The notes below the pieces were generated by a model. It did not search any database. It was not told the DNA's origin and saw only the letters and a list, made by a program, of their open reading frames with translations. DNA of 60,274 nucleotides, filler included, from Nitrospirae bacterium CG2_30_53_67 (GTDB lineage: Bacteria; CG2-30-53-67), in assembly GCA_001873285.1 (NCBI GenBank). It is 4 parts of 4 records of this genome, joined end to end, with 100 filler letters (N's around TTAATTAATTAA, not from the genome) between each part and the next. Parts side by side here need not be neighbours in the genome. Positions count along the whole stretch, not along the records: positions 1 to 15,200 come from MNYV01000095.1; 3 more parts are not named here. One strand, written 5' to 3'. Position 1 is the stretch's first letter, and each line of letters opens with the position of its first letter. Shown piece after piece: positions 1 through 9,883 of this stretch. The position numbers and the translations under genes were made by a program.

Positions 1-162
1 CGGAGCGAGCGGCAGATCATCCTTGTCCACCACGATCCAGCAGGCAAGGAGCTGCCGCAGGATCTCCTTCTGACCGATCCATTGACTCTCGATGTCCACC
101 GGATGGCTCAAATGCAGGGTGATGCCTTCTATTTCGACTACATTCTTTGTTTGTTTCGGCAC
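1..162 (-). CDS. Partial (runs off window) probable AAA+ ATPase, MoxR-like, N-terminus
   Basis: Manual translation from GTG at 162 with AGGAGA RBS: MPKQTKNVVEIEGITLHLSHPVDIESQWIGQKEILRQLLACWIVVDKDDLPLAP; resembles the pre-Walker A segment of MoxR-like ATPases; Walker A not in window. Confidence 0.55.
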   Translation of the reverse strand, partial: MPKQTKNVVEIEGITLHLSHPVDIESQWIGQKEILRQLLACWIVVDKDDLPLAP

Positions 163-182
163 GGTCGTTCTCCTTATGGGCC

Positions 183-326
183 AATAGGGTCCGTCCCTCA
201 CGTCACTCATAGCAAGGCATGTCATTCCCCGACTCGATCGGGGAATCCAGATAAAACAAACTGGATTGTCCGGTCGAGCCGGACAATGACAAAAAAAATA
301 TCAATAAAATAGGGATGGCCCCTATT
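183..326. repeat. Nested palindromic element (outer imperfect 16-bp IRs enclosing a REP-like pair)
   Basis: AATAGGGTCCGTCCCT (183-198) vs AGGGATGGCCCCTATT (311-326); inner GTCATTCCCCGACTCGATCGGGGAATCCAG...CTGGATTGTCCGGTCGAGCCGGACAATGAC (~222-290). Confidence 0.7.
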
Positions 327-1715
327 TCACAGCCGATTGACCCCGTTCAGCGCCGCCACCTTGTAGGCATCCGAAAGCGTGGGGTAGTTAAAGACCGCGT
401 TGATAAAATAATCAATGGTCCCGTTGAAGCTCAGGACCGCCTGTCCGATGTGGATGAGCTCGGTGGAACGCTCCCCGATGATGTGCACCCCCAGAAGCCT
501 GCGGTTCTCACGGTGGAACAGGAGCTTGAGCATCCCATAGATATCGCCGATGATCTGGCCCCTTGCCACTTCATTGAAAAAGGCCTGCCCGACCTCGTAG
601 GGGATCCCCTGCCTGGTGAGGCTCTCCTCGGTCTCTCCGACCATGGAGATCTCGGGAATCGTGTAGATCCCATAGGGGAGGATGTTCGATGGACCCGAGA
701 CCGGGCACTCCTGCATCAGGGCCGCACACATGGACAGGCGTCCCTGCTCCTGTGAGGTCGAGGCCAGGCCAGGCCCGCCGATGACGTCACCTGCGGCAAA
801 GATACTCGGCACGCTTGTCCTGTATTCCTGGTCCACCTCCACCCTCCCCCGCTTCCCTATATTTACGCCGATCTTCTCCAGGTTCAGACCTTCTGTGTTG
901 GCAGATCTGCCGAGGGTAAACAGGAGCTTCTCCGAGACCACCTGTTTGCCGCTCTTGAGATGAGTCACCACACGGCCTGGATGCTCAACCTCGATCTTTG
1001 ACATTTCTTCTCCAAGCCTCAGGACCACTCCGGACTGGCGCATCCAATAGGAGAGCGAATTCACGATTTCCTGATCGGCAAAAGTCAGGAGGCGCTCCTG
1101 CTTTTCTACGACTGTGACCTCGGTTCCGAGACAGGCGAAGATGGATGCATATTCACATCCGATCACCCCTCCGCCGATGATGGTCAGGGAGCGGGGGATG
1201 GTATCAATCTGCAGGATGGTGTCGCTGTCGTAAACCGTGGGTTCTCCGAAGGGGACTTCGGGCGGGCGGTTGGGCCTCCCACCTACGGCAATCAGAATCA
1301 CATCCGCCTGATAGTTCTCCACCCGCCCCTGGCTGTCCCTGACTGCAAGGGTATGAGCGTCTTCAAAAGAGGCCTCGCCATAGATGATCTCCACGTCGTT
1401 GCGGGTGAACTGGTCTATGATCACCTCCATCTGCCGGTGAACCACGGTATCCTTCCTATGCATCAGTTCCTGGAACTTGACGTTCTTCCCCAGGTCACAA
1501 TGGAAACCGTAGATGACCCGCTGTTTCAAGCCATAGAGATAGAGAGCGGTTTCACGAAGCGTCTTGCTCGGGATGGTACCGGTCTGAAGGCCTGCTCCAC
1601 CGATGAAGGGGTTTTTCTCGATGACGGCTACACGGCGTTTAAGCTTCGCGGCCTGGATGGCCCCTTTTTCCCCGGCGGGTCCTGAACCCATAACCAGAAC
1701 ATCGTATTTTTTCAT
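327..1715 (-). CDS. sthA: Soluble (Si-specific) NAD(P)+ transhydrogenase
   Basis: GSGPAG FAD motif, GTIPSKTLRE without redox CxxxxC, GGGVIGCEYAS, C-terminal FNYPTLSDAYKVAALNG; ATG at 1715 has GGAG RBS. Confidence 0.9.
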   Translation of the reverse strand: MKKYDVLVMGSGPAGEKGAIQAAKLKRRVAVIEKNPFIGGAGLQTGTIPSKTLRETALYLYGLKQRVIYGFHCDLGKNVKFQELMHRKDTVVHRQMEVIIDQFTRNDVEIIYGEASFEDAHTLAVRDSQGRVENYQADVILIAVGGRPNRPPEVPFGEPTVYDSDTILQIDTIPRSLTIIGGGVIGCEYASIFACLGTEVTVVEKQERLLTFADQEIVNSLSYWMRQSGVVLRLGEEMSKIEVEHPGRVVTHLKSGKQVVSEKLLFTLGRSANTEGLNLEKIGVNIGKRGRVEVDQEYRTSVPSIFAAGDVIGGPGLASTSQEQGRLSMCAALMQECPVSGPSNILPYGIYTIPEISMVGETEESLTRQGIPYEVGQAFFNEVARGQIIGDIYGMLKLLFHRENRRLLGVHIIGERSTELIHIGQAVLSFNGTIDYFINAVFNYPTLSDAYKVAALNGVNRL

Positions 1716-1879
1716 GATCTCCACCAAGAGAAAACAAAAACCTTTTGGCCACGAATGGACACGAATCTACACAAGGAAACTGCTGTTGTTTATTCGAGTT
1801 TACTCATGCCAATTCTCGTCATCGAATTTATGAATCCAGGGACTTAGTATACGAAGGAACCGGAAGAGTTGTCAACTGG

Positions 1880-3055
1880 TCAACCGCCGGCATAGAGAAG
1901 GTACTGTTCCCGCCGAGCCTTAAAAGAGTCGAGGTCTTGCCGCCACCCCTCTTCGATCTCGGCAAGGGGCTTCATCCCTTCCAGATCTCTGCGTATGGCA
2001 TCGTCCCCGGTCAGGATATCGATCGGAAGCCTTTTCTCTTCATACTCATAGGGCGGCTTTCTCCACTGGAACTCCCCGGGATAGAGGGAGATCACGGACT
2101 GGAGAATGGCAAGGGTCGTCCGGTAGGGGCGGAAGGCGTTCCGGTCCGTGACGTGGATCTGAAACCCGTGGCACATCTTTCCATTCCATTTGTTAAATGT
2201 CGGCAAAAAGTGATGTTCCCTGAAGATAAGCCCGGGCAAGGCATATTTCTGCAGCTTTCTGCCGAGATCCTTGACTTCGATATAGGGCGCGCCGAAGCAT
2301 TCAAAGGGGCGCGTGGTTCCGCGACCTTCGGAGATGTTGGTCCCCTCGAGCAGGACCTGCCCGGGATAGACCAGCGCCGTGTCCGGCGTGGGAAGGTTCG
2401 GGGAAGGGATCACCCAAGGGAGTCCCGTGTCCTGGAAAAAGGTCCCCCGCCGCCATCCCAGCATGGGGACGACCGTGAGATCGCAGCCGATGCCCATCTC
2501 ACGGTTGAAAAACTGGGCCAGTTCTCCGATGGTCATGCCGTGCCGCATGGGAAGGGAAAACATCCCGACAAAAGAAGCGAATTCCGGCTTGAGGAGGTTT
2601 CCTTCCACCTCCAGTCCCCCGATGGGATTGGGCCGGTCGAGTACTACAACCTTCCTGCCCGTTTCGCCGGCGGCCTGCAGGCAGTAAGCCATGGTGTAAA
2701 TGAAGGTATAGACACGGGTGCCCACATTCTGGAGATCAATGACCAGAATATCCATCTCATTCATCATCTCCGGCGTGGGTTTCCTCGTATCCGAATAGAG
2801 GCTGAAAACCGGGATGCCGAGTTCCCGGTCCACCGAGTCCGGGGACTCCATCATATTGTCCTGTTTCTCCCCGAAGATACCGTGCTGGGGCGCAAAAAGG
2901 GCCTTAAGATTCCTGCCGCAGAGTTCTCCGAAGATCACTCGGGAGTGCACCAGGCCTGAATCCACAGAGGCTGGATTGACCAGAAGACCAATCCGGTTCT
3001 TTTTTAAAAAACCGGGCGGGTTGGATTTGATCTGCTGAAGGCCGGTGTGAACCAT
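1880..3055 (-). CDS. DUF1343 / exo-beta-N-acetylmuramidase NamZ family protein
   Basis: LFAPQHG, DLQNVGTRVYTF, VLDRPNPIGG, RHGMTIGELA, PSPNLPT, SEGRGTTRPFE motifs. Confidence 0.9.
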   Translation of the reverse strand: MVHTGLQQIKSNPPGFLKKNRIGLLVNPASVDSGLVHSRVIFGELCGRNLKALFAPQHGIFGEKQDNMMESPDSVDRELGIPVFSLYSDTRKPTPEMMNEMDILVIDLQNVGTRVYTFIYTMAYCLQAAGETGRKVVVLDRPNPIGGLEVEGNLLKPEFASFVGMFSLPMRHGMTIGELAQFFNREMGIGCDLTVVPMLGWRRGTFFQDTGLPWVIPSPNLPTPDTALVYPGQVLLEGTNISEGRGTTRPFECFGAPYIEVKDLGRKLQKYALPGLIFREHHFLPTFNKWNGKMCHGFQIHVTDRNAFRPYRTTLAILQSVISLYPGEFQWRKPPYEYEEKRLPIDILTGDDAIRRDLEGMKPLAEIEEGWRQDLDSFKARREQYLLYAGG

Positions 3056-3176
3056 GTACGATCGAGTCTTTGTAGAGAGGACGCCAGGAAAAGAGCTTTC
3101 CTTTTATCCTGTTATCCGGGAAAGCCGCCTAAACTTCTTACTCAAGGGTCTCGGAATAGAATTGACACGGATTGCA

Positions 3177-3300
3177 AAATCTCCCCTCCTCCCTCCTCAG
3201 AGGGATAACTCCCCCTTACCCCCTCTTAAATAAGAGGGGGTCTCCCTTTGGAAAAGGGAGGCTTCGGCGTGAGCTCAGCCGAACGGTGAGGTGGGATTTG
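3177..3300. repeat. Nested REP-like hairpin cluster downstream of pckA
   Basis: AAATCTCCCCTC...GAGGTGGGATTT outer arms with internal hairpins CCCCCTCTTAAATAAGAGGGGG, CTCCCTTTGGAAAAGGGAG and TTCGGCGTGAGCTCAGCCGAA. Confidence 0.6.
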
Positions 3301-3312
3301 TACAGGTTGAAA

Positions 3313-4935
3313 CTACTCATCCCGTCCGAATTTTGGCCCGGCGCTCTTGACTTCATCAGGGACATTGTCGGAATAATTTTTAAAATTCTTGTGGAAGAGT
3401 CCGGCCAGTTCCTTGGCCTTTGTGTCATAGGCTGTTGGATCCTTCCATGTGTTCCTGGGCTGCAGGACCTCTTTGGGCACATCCGGACAGGACTCCGGAA
3501 TGTGGAGCCCGAAGAAGGGGTCTTCCTGGGTCGGGATTTCCTTGAGCCTGCCGCTCAGGATGGCCCGCAGGATCGAACGGGTATGTGCAATATCCATCCT
3601 CTTCCCGGCGCCGTAGGCGCCCCCGGTCCAGCCCGTATTGACCAGCCAGCAGTCCGATTGGTATTTCATGATCTTTTCCCCGAGCATGGTGGCATATACG
3701 CCCGGCGGAAGGGCCATAAAGGGAGCGCCGAAACAGGTGCTGAACGTGGCCTGAGGCTCATCCCCTATCCCCTTTTCCGTCCCTGCCACCTTGGCCGTAT
3801 ACCCGGAGAGGAAATGGTACATGGCCTGCTCCGGTGTCAGACGGGCGACCGGAGGCATGACCCCGAAGGCATCGCAGGTCAGCATGATGATGTTTTTCGG
3901 ATGCCCGCCCATGCCCGAAATCACGGACCCCTGGATCGCCGATATGTGATAGGCCGCTCGGGTATTTTCGGTCAAAGTGGCGTCATTCAGGTCCACCCGC
4001 CTCGTCTCCGGATCCACGCCGACATTTTCCAGAATGGTCCCGAACCGCCGGGTGCAACGGTAGATCTGGGGCTCCGCCTCGGGGGAAAGACGGATCACCT
4101 TGGCATAGCATCCCCCCTCAAAATTGAAGACCCCGTGGTCGCTCCATCCATGCTCATCGTCTCCGATCAGGCCTCGCTCAGGGTCCGCTGAAAGGGTGGT
4201 CTTGCCCGTGCCCGAAAGTCCGAAAAAGACGGCCACGTCACCGGACTCGCCCACATTGGCCGAACAGTGCATGGGAAGAACCTTGTCCTCCCTTGGAAGA
4301 AAATAGTTCAGGATCGTAAAGACCGACTTCTTGATCTCGCCGGCATAGCTGGTCCCCCCGATGAGGATCAGTTTTTTGCCGAAGTTCACGATGATGAAGG
4401 CCTCGGAGTTGGTCCCGTCGAGTTCCGGGTTGGCATGAAAATGAGGGACATTCAGGATCGTACACTCAGGCACGTGATTCGCGAGCTTCTCCTTGTCCTC
4501 GATCTGGACGAACATGTTCCTGACGAAAAGATTATGCCAGGCTGTCTCTGTGATGATGCGGATCGGGACCTGATACTTGGGGTCGGCCCCGGCATAACAG
4601 TCCTGAATATAGAGATCCTTGCCCTGGATATAGGCCAGCAGCCGAAGGAAGAGGAAGTCCACCTTCTTCTTCTCGATGGGACGGTTGACCTGCCCCCACC
4701 AGACGTGGCTTTCGCTTGAAGGCTCTTTGACAATGAACTTTTCGTTTGCGGCCCGGCCCGTATAATGCCCGGTCTTCACGGCAATGGGCCCCCGGTGCAG
4801 GATCATCCCTTCCCTTCTCCGGACGATCTCTTCATACAAGGCCCCGGTGGTCAGATTCCAATAGACATTCCCGACATTCTTGATCCCGTGGTTTTCCAGG
4901 CCGTATTTTTTATTGATCGTCTGCTGCAATTGCAT
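3313..4935 (-). CDS. pckA: Phosphoenolpyruvate carboxykinase (ATP)
   Basis: YAGEIKK, MHCSAN, FFGLSGTGKTTLS, IGDDEHGW, FNFEGGCYAK, TENTR motifs. Confidence 0.97.
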   Translation of the reverse strand: MQLQQTINKKYGLENHGIKNVGNVYWNLTTGALYEEIVRRREGMILHRGPIAVKTGHYTGRAANEKFIVKEPSSESHVWWGQVNRPIEKKKVDFLFLRLLAYIQGKDLYIQDCYAGADPKYQVPIRIITETAWHNLFVRNMFVQIEDKEKLANHVPECTILNVPHFHANPELDGTNSEAFIIVNFGKKLILIGGTSYAGEIKKSVFTILNYFLPREDKVLPMHCSANVGESGDVAVFFGLSGTGKTTLSADPERGLIGDDEHGWSDHGVFNFEGGCYAKVIRLSPEAEPQIYRCTRRFGTILENVGVDPETRRVDLNDATLTENTRAAYHISAIQGSVISGMGGHPKNIIMLTCDAFGVMPPVARLTPEQAMYHFLSGYTAKVAGTEKGIGDEPQATFSTCFGAPFMALPPGVYATMLGEKIMKYQSDCWLVNTGWTGGAYGAGKRMDIAHTRSILRAILSGRLKEIPTQEDPFFGLHIPESCPDVPKEVLQPRNTWKDPTAYDTKAKELAGLFHKNFKNYSDNVPDEVKSAGPKFGRDE

Positions 4936-5260
4936 GGTCACTCCCCTCTTTCAGGCATGATACAACAAGGAACCGGGAGTTCCCCGATTCTTCTGATTCC
5001 ATAATACTTTAAAACATGGTCTGAATTCTTCGATGAGCCGGAAGTTTCTCTACCCGTTATTTTTTAACATAACTTAAGACCCTCTGTCCATTTAAATTTG
5101 CTTCAAGAAGATATAGGAATGCCTTATTGAAATGGATATTTTGTCATAATATTATTTATTAAATAATATCGGTTGACATTCACATGTTTTTAGAATATAC
5201 AAAATTCGTAGAAAATCTTTCTACTTTCAATATTTTTTTGTTCCAACATGGGGAGGGGAT

Positions 5261-6322
5261 ATGAAGAACAACAAATTTCTTGAAATGGTCGTTATTCTCA
5301 TTGTTGTCTTGGCATTTACACCGTTTATTCAGGGCGGATGCGGGGGTGGAGGAGGCGGGGGCGGCGGGAACCCTGCTTCGGAAAATACGTCCACCACACC
5401 GGAAAACACAAAAACACTGGCAACCCTGAATGCATCGAGTTCTTCTCATACCACGGATATACTTCAGACCGGTTCTTTAATCAACGATGCGATTGAATCA
5501 TTCATATCAGAAGAGTCTGTTGGAGCATCTTCTTCTGATAATAGCCAGCCTCCATTATTCAAGAATGTTCAGAGAATTCTAAACAAGATGCACGCCGAGT
5601 CCCGGGGAGGTAAAGTCAATGCCCTTGGATCTCAGCAGCCGGATACGCCCCCGGAATCCTGCGAGGGGGGTGGAACCGTGGACCTTTCCATGAACTGGGA
5701 CGGACCGAATGGAGATATAGACATCTCAGATTGCTCCCAAATAAACAATCTGCATATGACCATCACCATGAACAACTGCGTGGAGTCCGGGGTTGATCTC
5801 AATGGGACCATGGACGTCACGGTTCCGGGCAGTTCCTGCGCAGAACCCTCGTCAATGAGCATGACCCTGAAATTCAATGGCCATGACTCTGTAGAGAATT
5901 ATACGGCCGATTTTGATGCCACCATGAATGTGACAGACATTGTCTGGGATCAGACAGCCATAGCGATCCAAAGCATGAAGGTAAATGTAACCGGAACCAT
6001 CTCCGGAGACGATGCGGGTACTCCCTTCAGTGAAACCTACGACAATTTCATGATCGGATTCGGAGATACCGGCTCACAATATCAAATCTCAATGGATGGC
6101 TTTGTCCAGACGACCTGCATGGACGGTTGGGTTCAGGTCACTACACAGGAACCGGTACTCTATCCATATGACTTCTCCTGCCCTACCGGAGGACAGGTCA
6201 GCCTCCATGGAAACGGAGATGCAGTCATATCCATTCACTCTGATTCCAGTATCGACATCACTGTGAATGGTACGACCACGCCTTATATTTCATGCCAGGA
6301 TGTCCCGGCCTGCAACGGGTAA
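5261..6322 (+). CDS. Acidic Cys-containing lipoprotein, unknown function
   Basis: Signal peptide with lipobox-like IQGGC followed by poly-Gly; GGGGAGGGG RBS; own terminator. Confidence 0.8.
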   Translation: MKNNKFLEMVVILIVVLAFTPFIQGGCGGGGGGGGGNPASENTSTTPENTKTLATLNASSSSHTTDILQTGSLINDAIESFISEESVGASSSDNSQPPLFKNVQRILNKMHAESRGGKVNALGSQQPDTPPESCEGGGTVDLSMNWDGPNGDIDISDCSQINNLHMTITMNNCVESGVDLNGTMDVTVPGSSCAEPSSMSMTLKFNGHDSVENYTADFDATMNVTDIVWDQTAIAIQSMKVNVTGTISGDDAGTPFSETYDNFMIGFGDTGSQYQISMDGFVQTTCMDGWVQVTTQEPVLYPYDFSCPTGGQVSLHGNGDAVISIHSDSSIDITVNGTTTPYISCQDVPACNG

Positions 6323-6344
6323 ACCTCTCGGTTACTGCCCACAA

Positions 6345-6387
6345 GACAAAAAAAAAGATCCCCCAGGTCGGGGGATCTTTTTTTGTC
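6345..6387. terminator. Bidirectional rho-independent terminator
   Basis: A-run/GATCCCCC-loop-GGGGGATC/T-run between convergent genes. Confidence 0.85.
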
Positions 6388-6400
6388 CGAAATGGAGGCC

Positions 6401-6955
6401 TTACCACTCCGCAAGGCTTTGAATGGAGGCTCGGTAGGGCCCCAACACTGAAGCGTCTTTGAAATAGACCTTTTTCATATAATCCAGCACCCAGGAATAA
6501 TATTCAAAACGGCTGGAGAGGTCCTGAAAGATTTCCGCTCCCTGCTTTTCGGCCAGACGGTCGAATTCCGAGACCGTGGAGTAGGAGTATTTTCCCTGGT
6601 CCATATAATATTTGAGTGAGGAACCCTTGACTACGAAATCCCGGTAAATCCCGGTCATGAAGAGTGTATAATCACCGATATGCTGCCTGATCTCCCGCTC
6701 TCTGAACGGACTGAACCGGTCGCTCTGCAGATCCATGGCGGAATTCGCCTCCGTGAGGAAGTCTACCATATACTCTACCCTCTCGCCCAGGGCATTCTTG
6801 ATCTTATAGAGCCGGTCCGTAGAGGCAAAACGGGCAAGCAGGCTTGAGACATAATCCGCAACCGGCATATTATCAATGAAAAGCTGTTGAAAACAAAGGA
6901 GGGTCAATTTCTGGAAAAATCTTTTCAAACCAGGCGCCCGGTCATCTCTTTCCAT
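6401..6955 (-). CDS. Conserved hypothetical helical protein
   Basis: Long ORF with RBS; motifs YVSSLLARF, HIGDYTLFMTG, YYMDQGKYSY resemble a widespread uncharacterised family. Confidence 0.75.
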   Translation of the reverse strand: MERDDRAPGLKRFFQKLTLLCFQQLFIDNMPVADYVSSLLARFASTDRLYKIKNALGERVEYMVDFLTEANSAMDLQSDRFSPFREREIRQHIGDYTLFMTGIYRDFVVKGSSLKYYMDQGKYSYSTVSEFDRLAEKQGAEIFQDLSSRFEYYSWVLDYMKKVYFKDASVLGPYRASIQSLAEW

Positions 6956-7081
6956 ATCCTTTTCTCCATGAAAGAAATTATCTTGCTTACACTTTATATT
7001 CATTTTATCATACCTTCTTAAAATCTTCTATGTTTCATTTTATGATCAAGTCATGACAACTTCAAGAGGGAGAAAGGACCC

Positions 7082-8449
7082 ATGGATCAGGAAAGAGACC
7101 GTCTGAAAGAACTGGAGGACGATGACCGGCGCTACATCTGGCACCCGTTCACTCAAATGCAGGAATATGAGAAAGAAACTCCCTTGATCATCGAACGGGC
7201 TGAGGGGGTCTATCTTTTCGACATCCACGGCAAACGCTACATGGACGGTGTCTCCTCGCTCTGGGTCAATGTGCACGGCCACCGGAGGCCTGAGATCGAC
7301 CGGGCCATCAAGGAGCAGATTGACCGGGTCTCGCATTCCACGCTCCTCGGCATCTCCAATGTCCCGGCCATTGAGCTGGCAAAAAAACTCGTGAAAATCA
7401 CCCCTCCTGGTCTTGAAAAGGTCTTCTATTCGGACAGCGGATCCACGGCCGTGGAGATCGCCCTGAAGATCTCTTTCCAGTTCTTTCAGCACCGGATGGG
7501 CAAGTCCTGTAAAAAGACCCGCTTTATTGCCCTGACCAACGCCTATCATGGAGACACCATCGGCTCGGTGAGCGTAGGGGGAATACCTCTGTTTCATGAT
7601 CTCTTTCATCCCCTTCTGTTCCCCTGTGATTTTGCCCCTTCTCCATACTGCTACCGATGCCCGCTGGAGATGACGTATCCCTCATGCAGCCTTGCCTGTG
7701 CCGATGAGCTTGAAAACACGGTCCGCCGGATCCATGAAGAGACCGCCGCCCTGATCATCGAGCCGCTGGTCCAGGGCGCGGCGGGGATGTTGACCGCCCC
7801 TCCGGGCTATCTCGCCCGTGTCCGGAAGATCTGCACACGATATGATCTGCTGATGATTGCCGACGAGGTAGCCACGGGATTCGGGCGCACCGGAACGCTA
7901 TTTGCCTGTGAACAGGAAGGGGTCACGCCCGATCTCCTCTGCCTGGCCAAGGGGATGACCGGGGGATACCTTCCCCTGGCCGCGACCCTGACTACGCAGG
8001 AGGTTTTTGATGCCTTCCTGGGGCCGTATGAGGAATTCAAGACCTTCTTCCACGGCCACACCTATACGGGAAATCCCCTGGCCTGCGCGGCGGCGCTGGC
8101 CAGCATTTCCCTGCTTTCGCCCGAAGAAGTCCTGCCGGGTTTCCAGGCACGCATCCAGTGCCTTTCAGAGGAACTGGCTCGTTTACAAGGATTGAATCAC
8201 GTGGGTGAGGTGAGGCAGAAGGGGTTCATGGTCGGGATCGAGCTGGTTCGGAACCGGGCGGCCAAAGAGCCCTATCCATTAAAGGATCAAGTAGGCCACC
8301 GGGTGATCCTCGAGGCCCGGAAGAAAGGGATGATCATCAGACCTCTCGGCAACGTGATCGTCCTGATGCCGCCTCTTTGCATGGAAGAGGGAGAGATCCG
8401 GGAGATGGTTGCAATCACCGGAGCGGCGATCCGGGAAGTGACGGAATAA
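7082..8449 (+). CDS. bioA: Adenosylmethionine-8-amino-7-oxononanoate transaminase
   Basis: IWHPFTQM, SSLWVNVHGH, DSGSTAVEIALK, YHGDT, DEVATGFGRTG, AKGMTGGYLPL, HGHTYTGNP, IRPLGN. Confidence 0.97.
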   Translation: MDQERDRLKELEDDDRRYIWHPFTQMQEYEKETPLIIERAEGVYLFDIHGKRYMDGVSSLWVNVHGHRRPEIDRAIKEQIDRVSHSTLLGISNVPAIELAKKLVKITPPGLEKVFYSDSGSTAVEIALKISFQFFQHRMGKSCKKTRFIALTNAYHGDTIGSVSVGGIPLFHDLFHPLLFPCDFAPSPYCYRCPLEMTYPSCSLACADELENTVRRIHEETAALIIEPLVQGAAGMLTAPPGYLARVRKICTRYDLLMIADEVATGFGRTGTLFACEQEGVTPDLLCLAKGMTGGYLPLAATLTTQEVFDAFLGPYEEFKTFFHGHTYTGNPLACAAALASISLLSPEEVLPGFQARIQCLSEELARLQGLNHVGEVRQKGFMVGIELVRNRAAKEPYPLKDQVGHRVILEARKKGMIIRPLGNVIVLMPPLCMEEGEIREMVAITGAAIREVTE

Positions 8450-8620
8450 AGTGGAATCCCACTTGACCGATGGGATAATATCTCTCAGTACTGAAAGAGC
8501 GGCGCCAAAACTTCATGACTCTTCCATAAAACTTGACAAACAACTCGGAGGTATTATATACATGAATGTGTGAGGGTATCAGGCCTTGATAGTGAATGAA
8601 ATGAATAGAAGGAGAGTGAC

Positions 8621-8845
8621 ATGGCTGCCCCGAATAGAATTCTGAAAGAGGCATTGAATCTAAAACCTGCAGAAAAAGCGGAACTAATCGACAAACTGAT
8701 TTATAGCCTGGACAAACCTGATGCAGAGATTGACGAATTATGGGTAAAGGAGGCTGAGAACCGGATTGATGCTTATGAACGTGGAGAGATTAAGGTTGTT
8801 GCATTGGAAAAAATTCTTGAAAAATATAAGCAGGATCCGAAATGA
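8621..8845 (+). CDS. Addiction module antitoxin (TIGR02574-like)
   Basis: 74 aa; ALNLKPAEKAELIDKLIYSL...WVKEAENRI; ATGA overlap with RelE/ParE gene. Confidence 0.85.
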   Translation: MAAPNRILKEALNLKPAEKAELIDKLIYSLDKPDAEIDELWVKEAENRIDAYERGEIKVVALEKILEKYKQDPK

Positions 8846-9132
8846 GGATCCGATTCTTGGAAATAGCACAGATTGAACTGTATGAAGCCATCGAATATTA
8901 CAACTATGAAGTATCCGGACTTGGTGAAGCTTTTCTGAGCGAAGTATTGAACGTTCTTGATAGAATTGGAAAATATCCCGAAGCATGGCCGTCTTGCTCA
9001 AAGCGAACCAGAAGGACTCAGACTCGGCGCTTCCCTTATGGAATCATGTATCAAATTCGGAAGGATGAAATTTTAATAGTTGCCATTGCACATCTTCATA
9101 GAAAACCGGACTATTGGAAAGACCGAATATAA
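8842..9132 (+). CDS. RelE/ParE family toxin
   Basis: AQIELYEAIEYY...GLGEAF...RFPYGIMY...IVAIAHLHRKPDYW. Confidence 0.9.
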   Translation: MRIRFLEIAQIELYEAIEYYNYEVSGLGEAFLSEVLNVLDRIGKYPEAWPSCSKRTRRTQTRRFPYGIMYQIRKDEILIVAIAHLHRKPDYWKDRI

Positions 9133-9166
9133 TTTGAACTTTTCTTAAATAGAAAAGATCGGGGAG

Positions 9167-9883
9167 TTACCGGAATATCTCCGGCCGGTTGGTAAAGACC
9201 CCGTCCACGCCCCACGTCTCAAGCTCTTTGACTCGGGAGATTTGGTCCACCACGTAGGGATAGACACGGATTTCTCTGCTGTGGAAGGCATGGACCATGT
9301 CCGGGGTAACGGACTGCTCCTCGGGATGAAAAGAGACGGCCTTGAATTCCAAGGCCCGGTCAAGCAAAGGCTTCCAGTGCCCGTTCCCGTCATAGAGAAT
9401 CCCGATCCGGACTGCCGGCCGGAGATCCCGGACGATCTTCAGGGCATGAAGGTCAAAGCAGGAAATCAGCACCTGATCTTCCATGTCTCTTGCGGTGACG
9501 GTCTCCAGGATCTTCTCTTCGATCCCTTGGGACCGGGGGGCATCTTTCTTGATTTCGAGGTTCAGGGGGATCTCTCCCTTGGTGAGAGAGAGGAGATCTT
9601 CAAGGGTCGGGATCCGGGTTCCGGCGAACGGATCTGAAAACCAGGAACCGAAATCGTATCTTAGGAGCTCCGCCAGCGTGAAGTCATGGATGGGAAGAGT
9701 CGTCCCCGTGATCCGTTTGATGTCTGCATCATGAGAGAGCACAGGGACCCGGTCGGCAGTAAGACGAATATCGGTCTCGATCATGCCCGCCTTGAGATCC
9801 ATGGCCATGCGGAAGGCCGGGATGGTGTTTTCCGGGGCGAGGAATGATGCCCCGCGGTGGGCGATCACCAGGAAGTCCTTCAT
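9167..9883 (-). CDS. Glycerophosphodiester phosphodiesterase
   Basis: IAHRGAS, PENT, IETDI, HD, LNLEIK, DGVFTN; start 9883 gives ATGA coupling to glpK. Confidence 0.92.
   Translation of the reverse strand: MKDFLVIAHRGASFLAPENTIPAFRMAMDLKAGMIETDIRLTADRVPVLSHDADIKRITGTTLPIHDFTLAELLRYDFGSWFSDPFAGTRIPTLEDLLSLTKGEIPLNLEIKKDAPRSQGIEEKILETVTARDMEDQVLISCFDLHALKIVRDLRPAVRIGILYDGNGHWKPLLDRALEFKAVSFHPEEQSVTPDMVHAFHSREIRVYPYVVDQISRVKELETWGVDGVFTNRPEIFR

Noticed and set aside
1745..4191. Long antisense ORFs (1745-2959, 3172-4191; likewise 18000-18908, 33016-33834, 47393-48472, 56715-57668)
   Set aside because: Shadows of well-supported genes on the opposite strand; no motifs or RBS.
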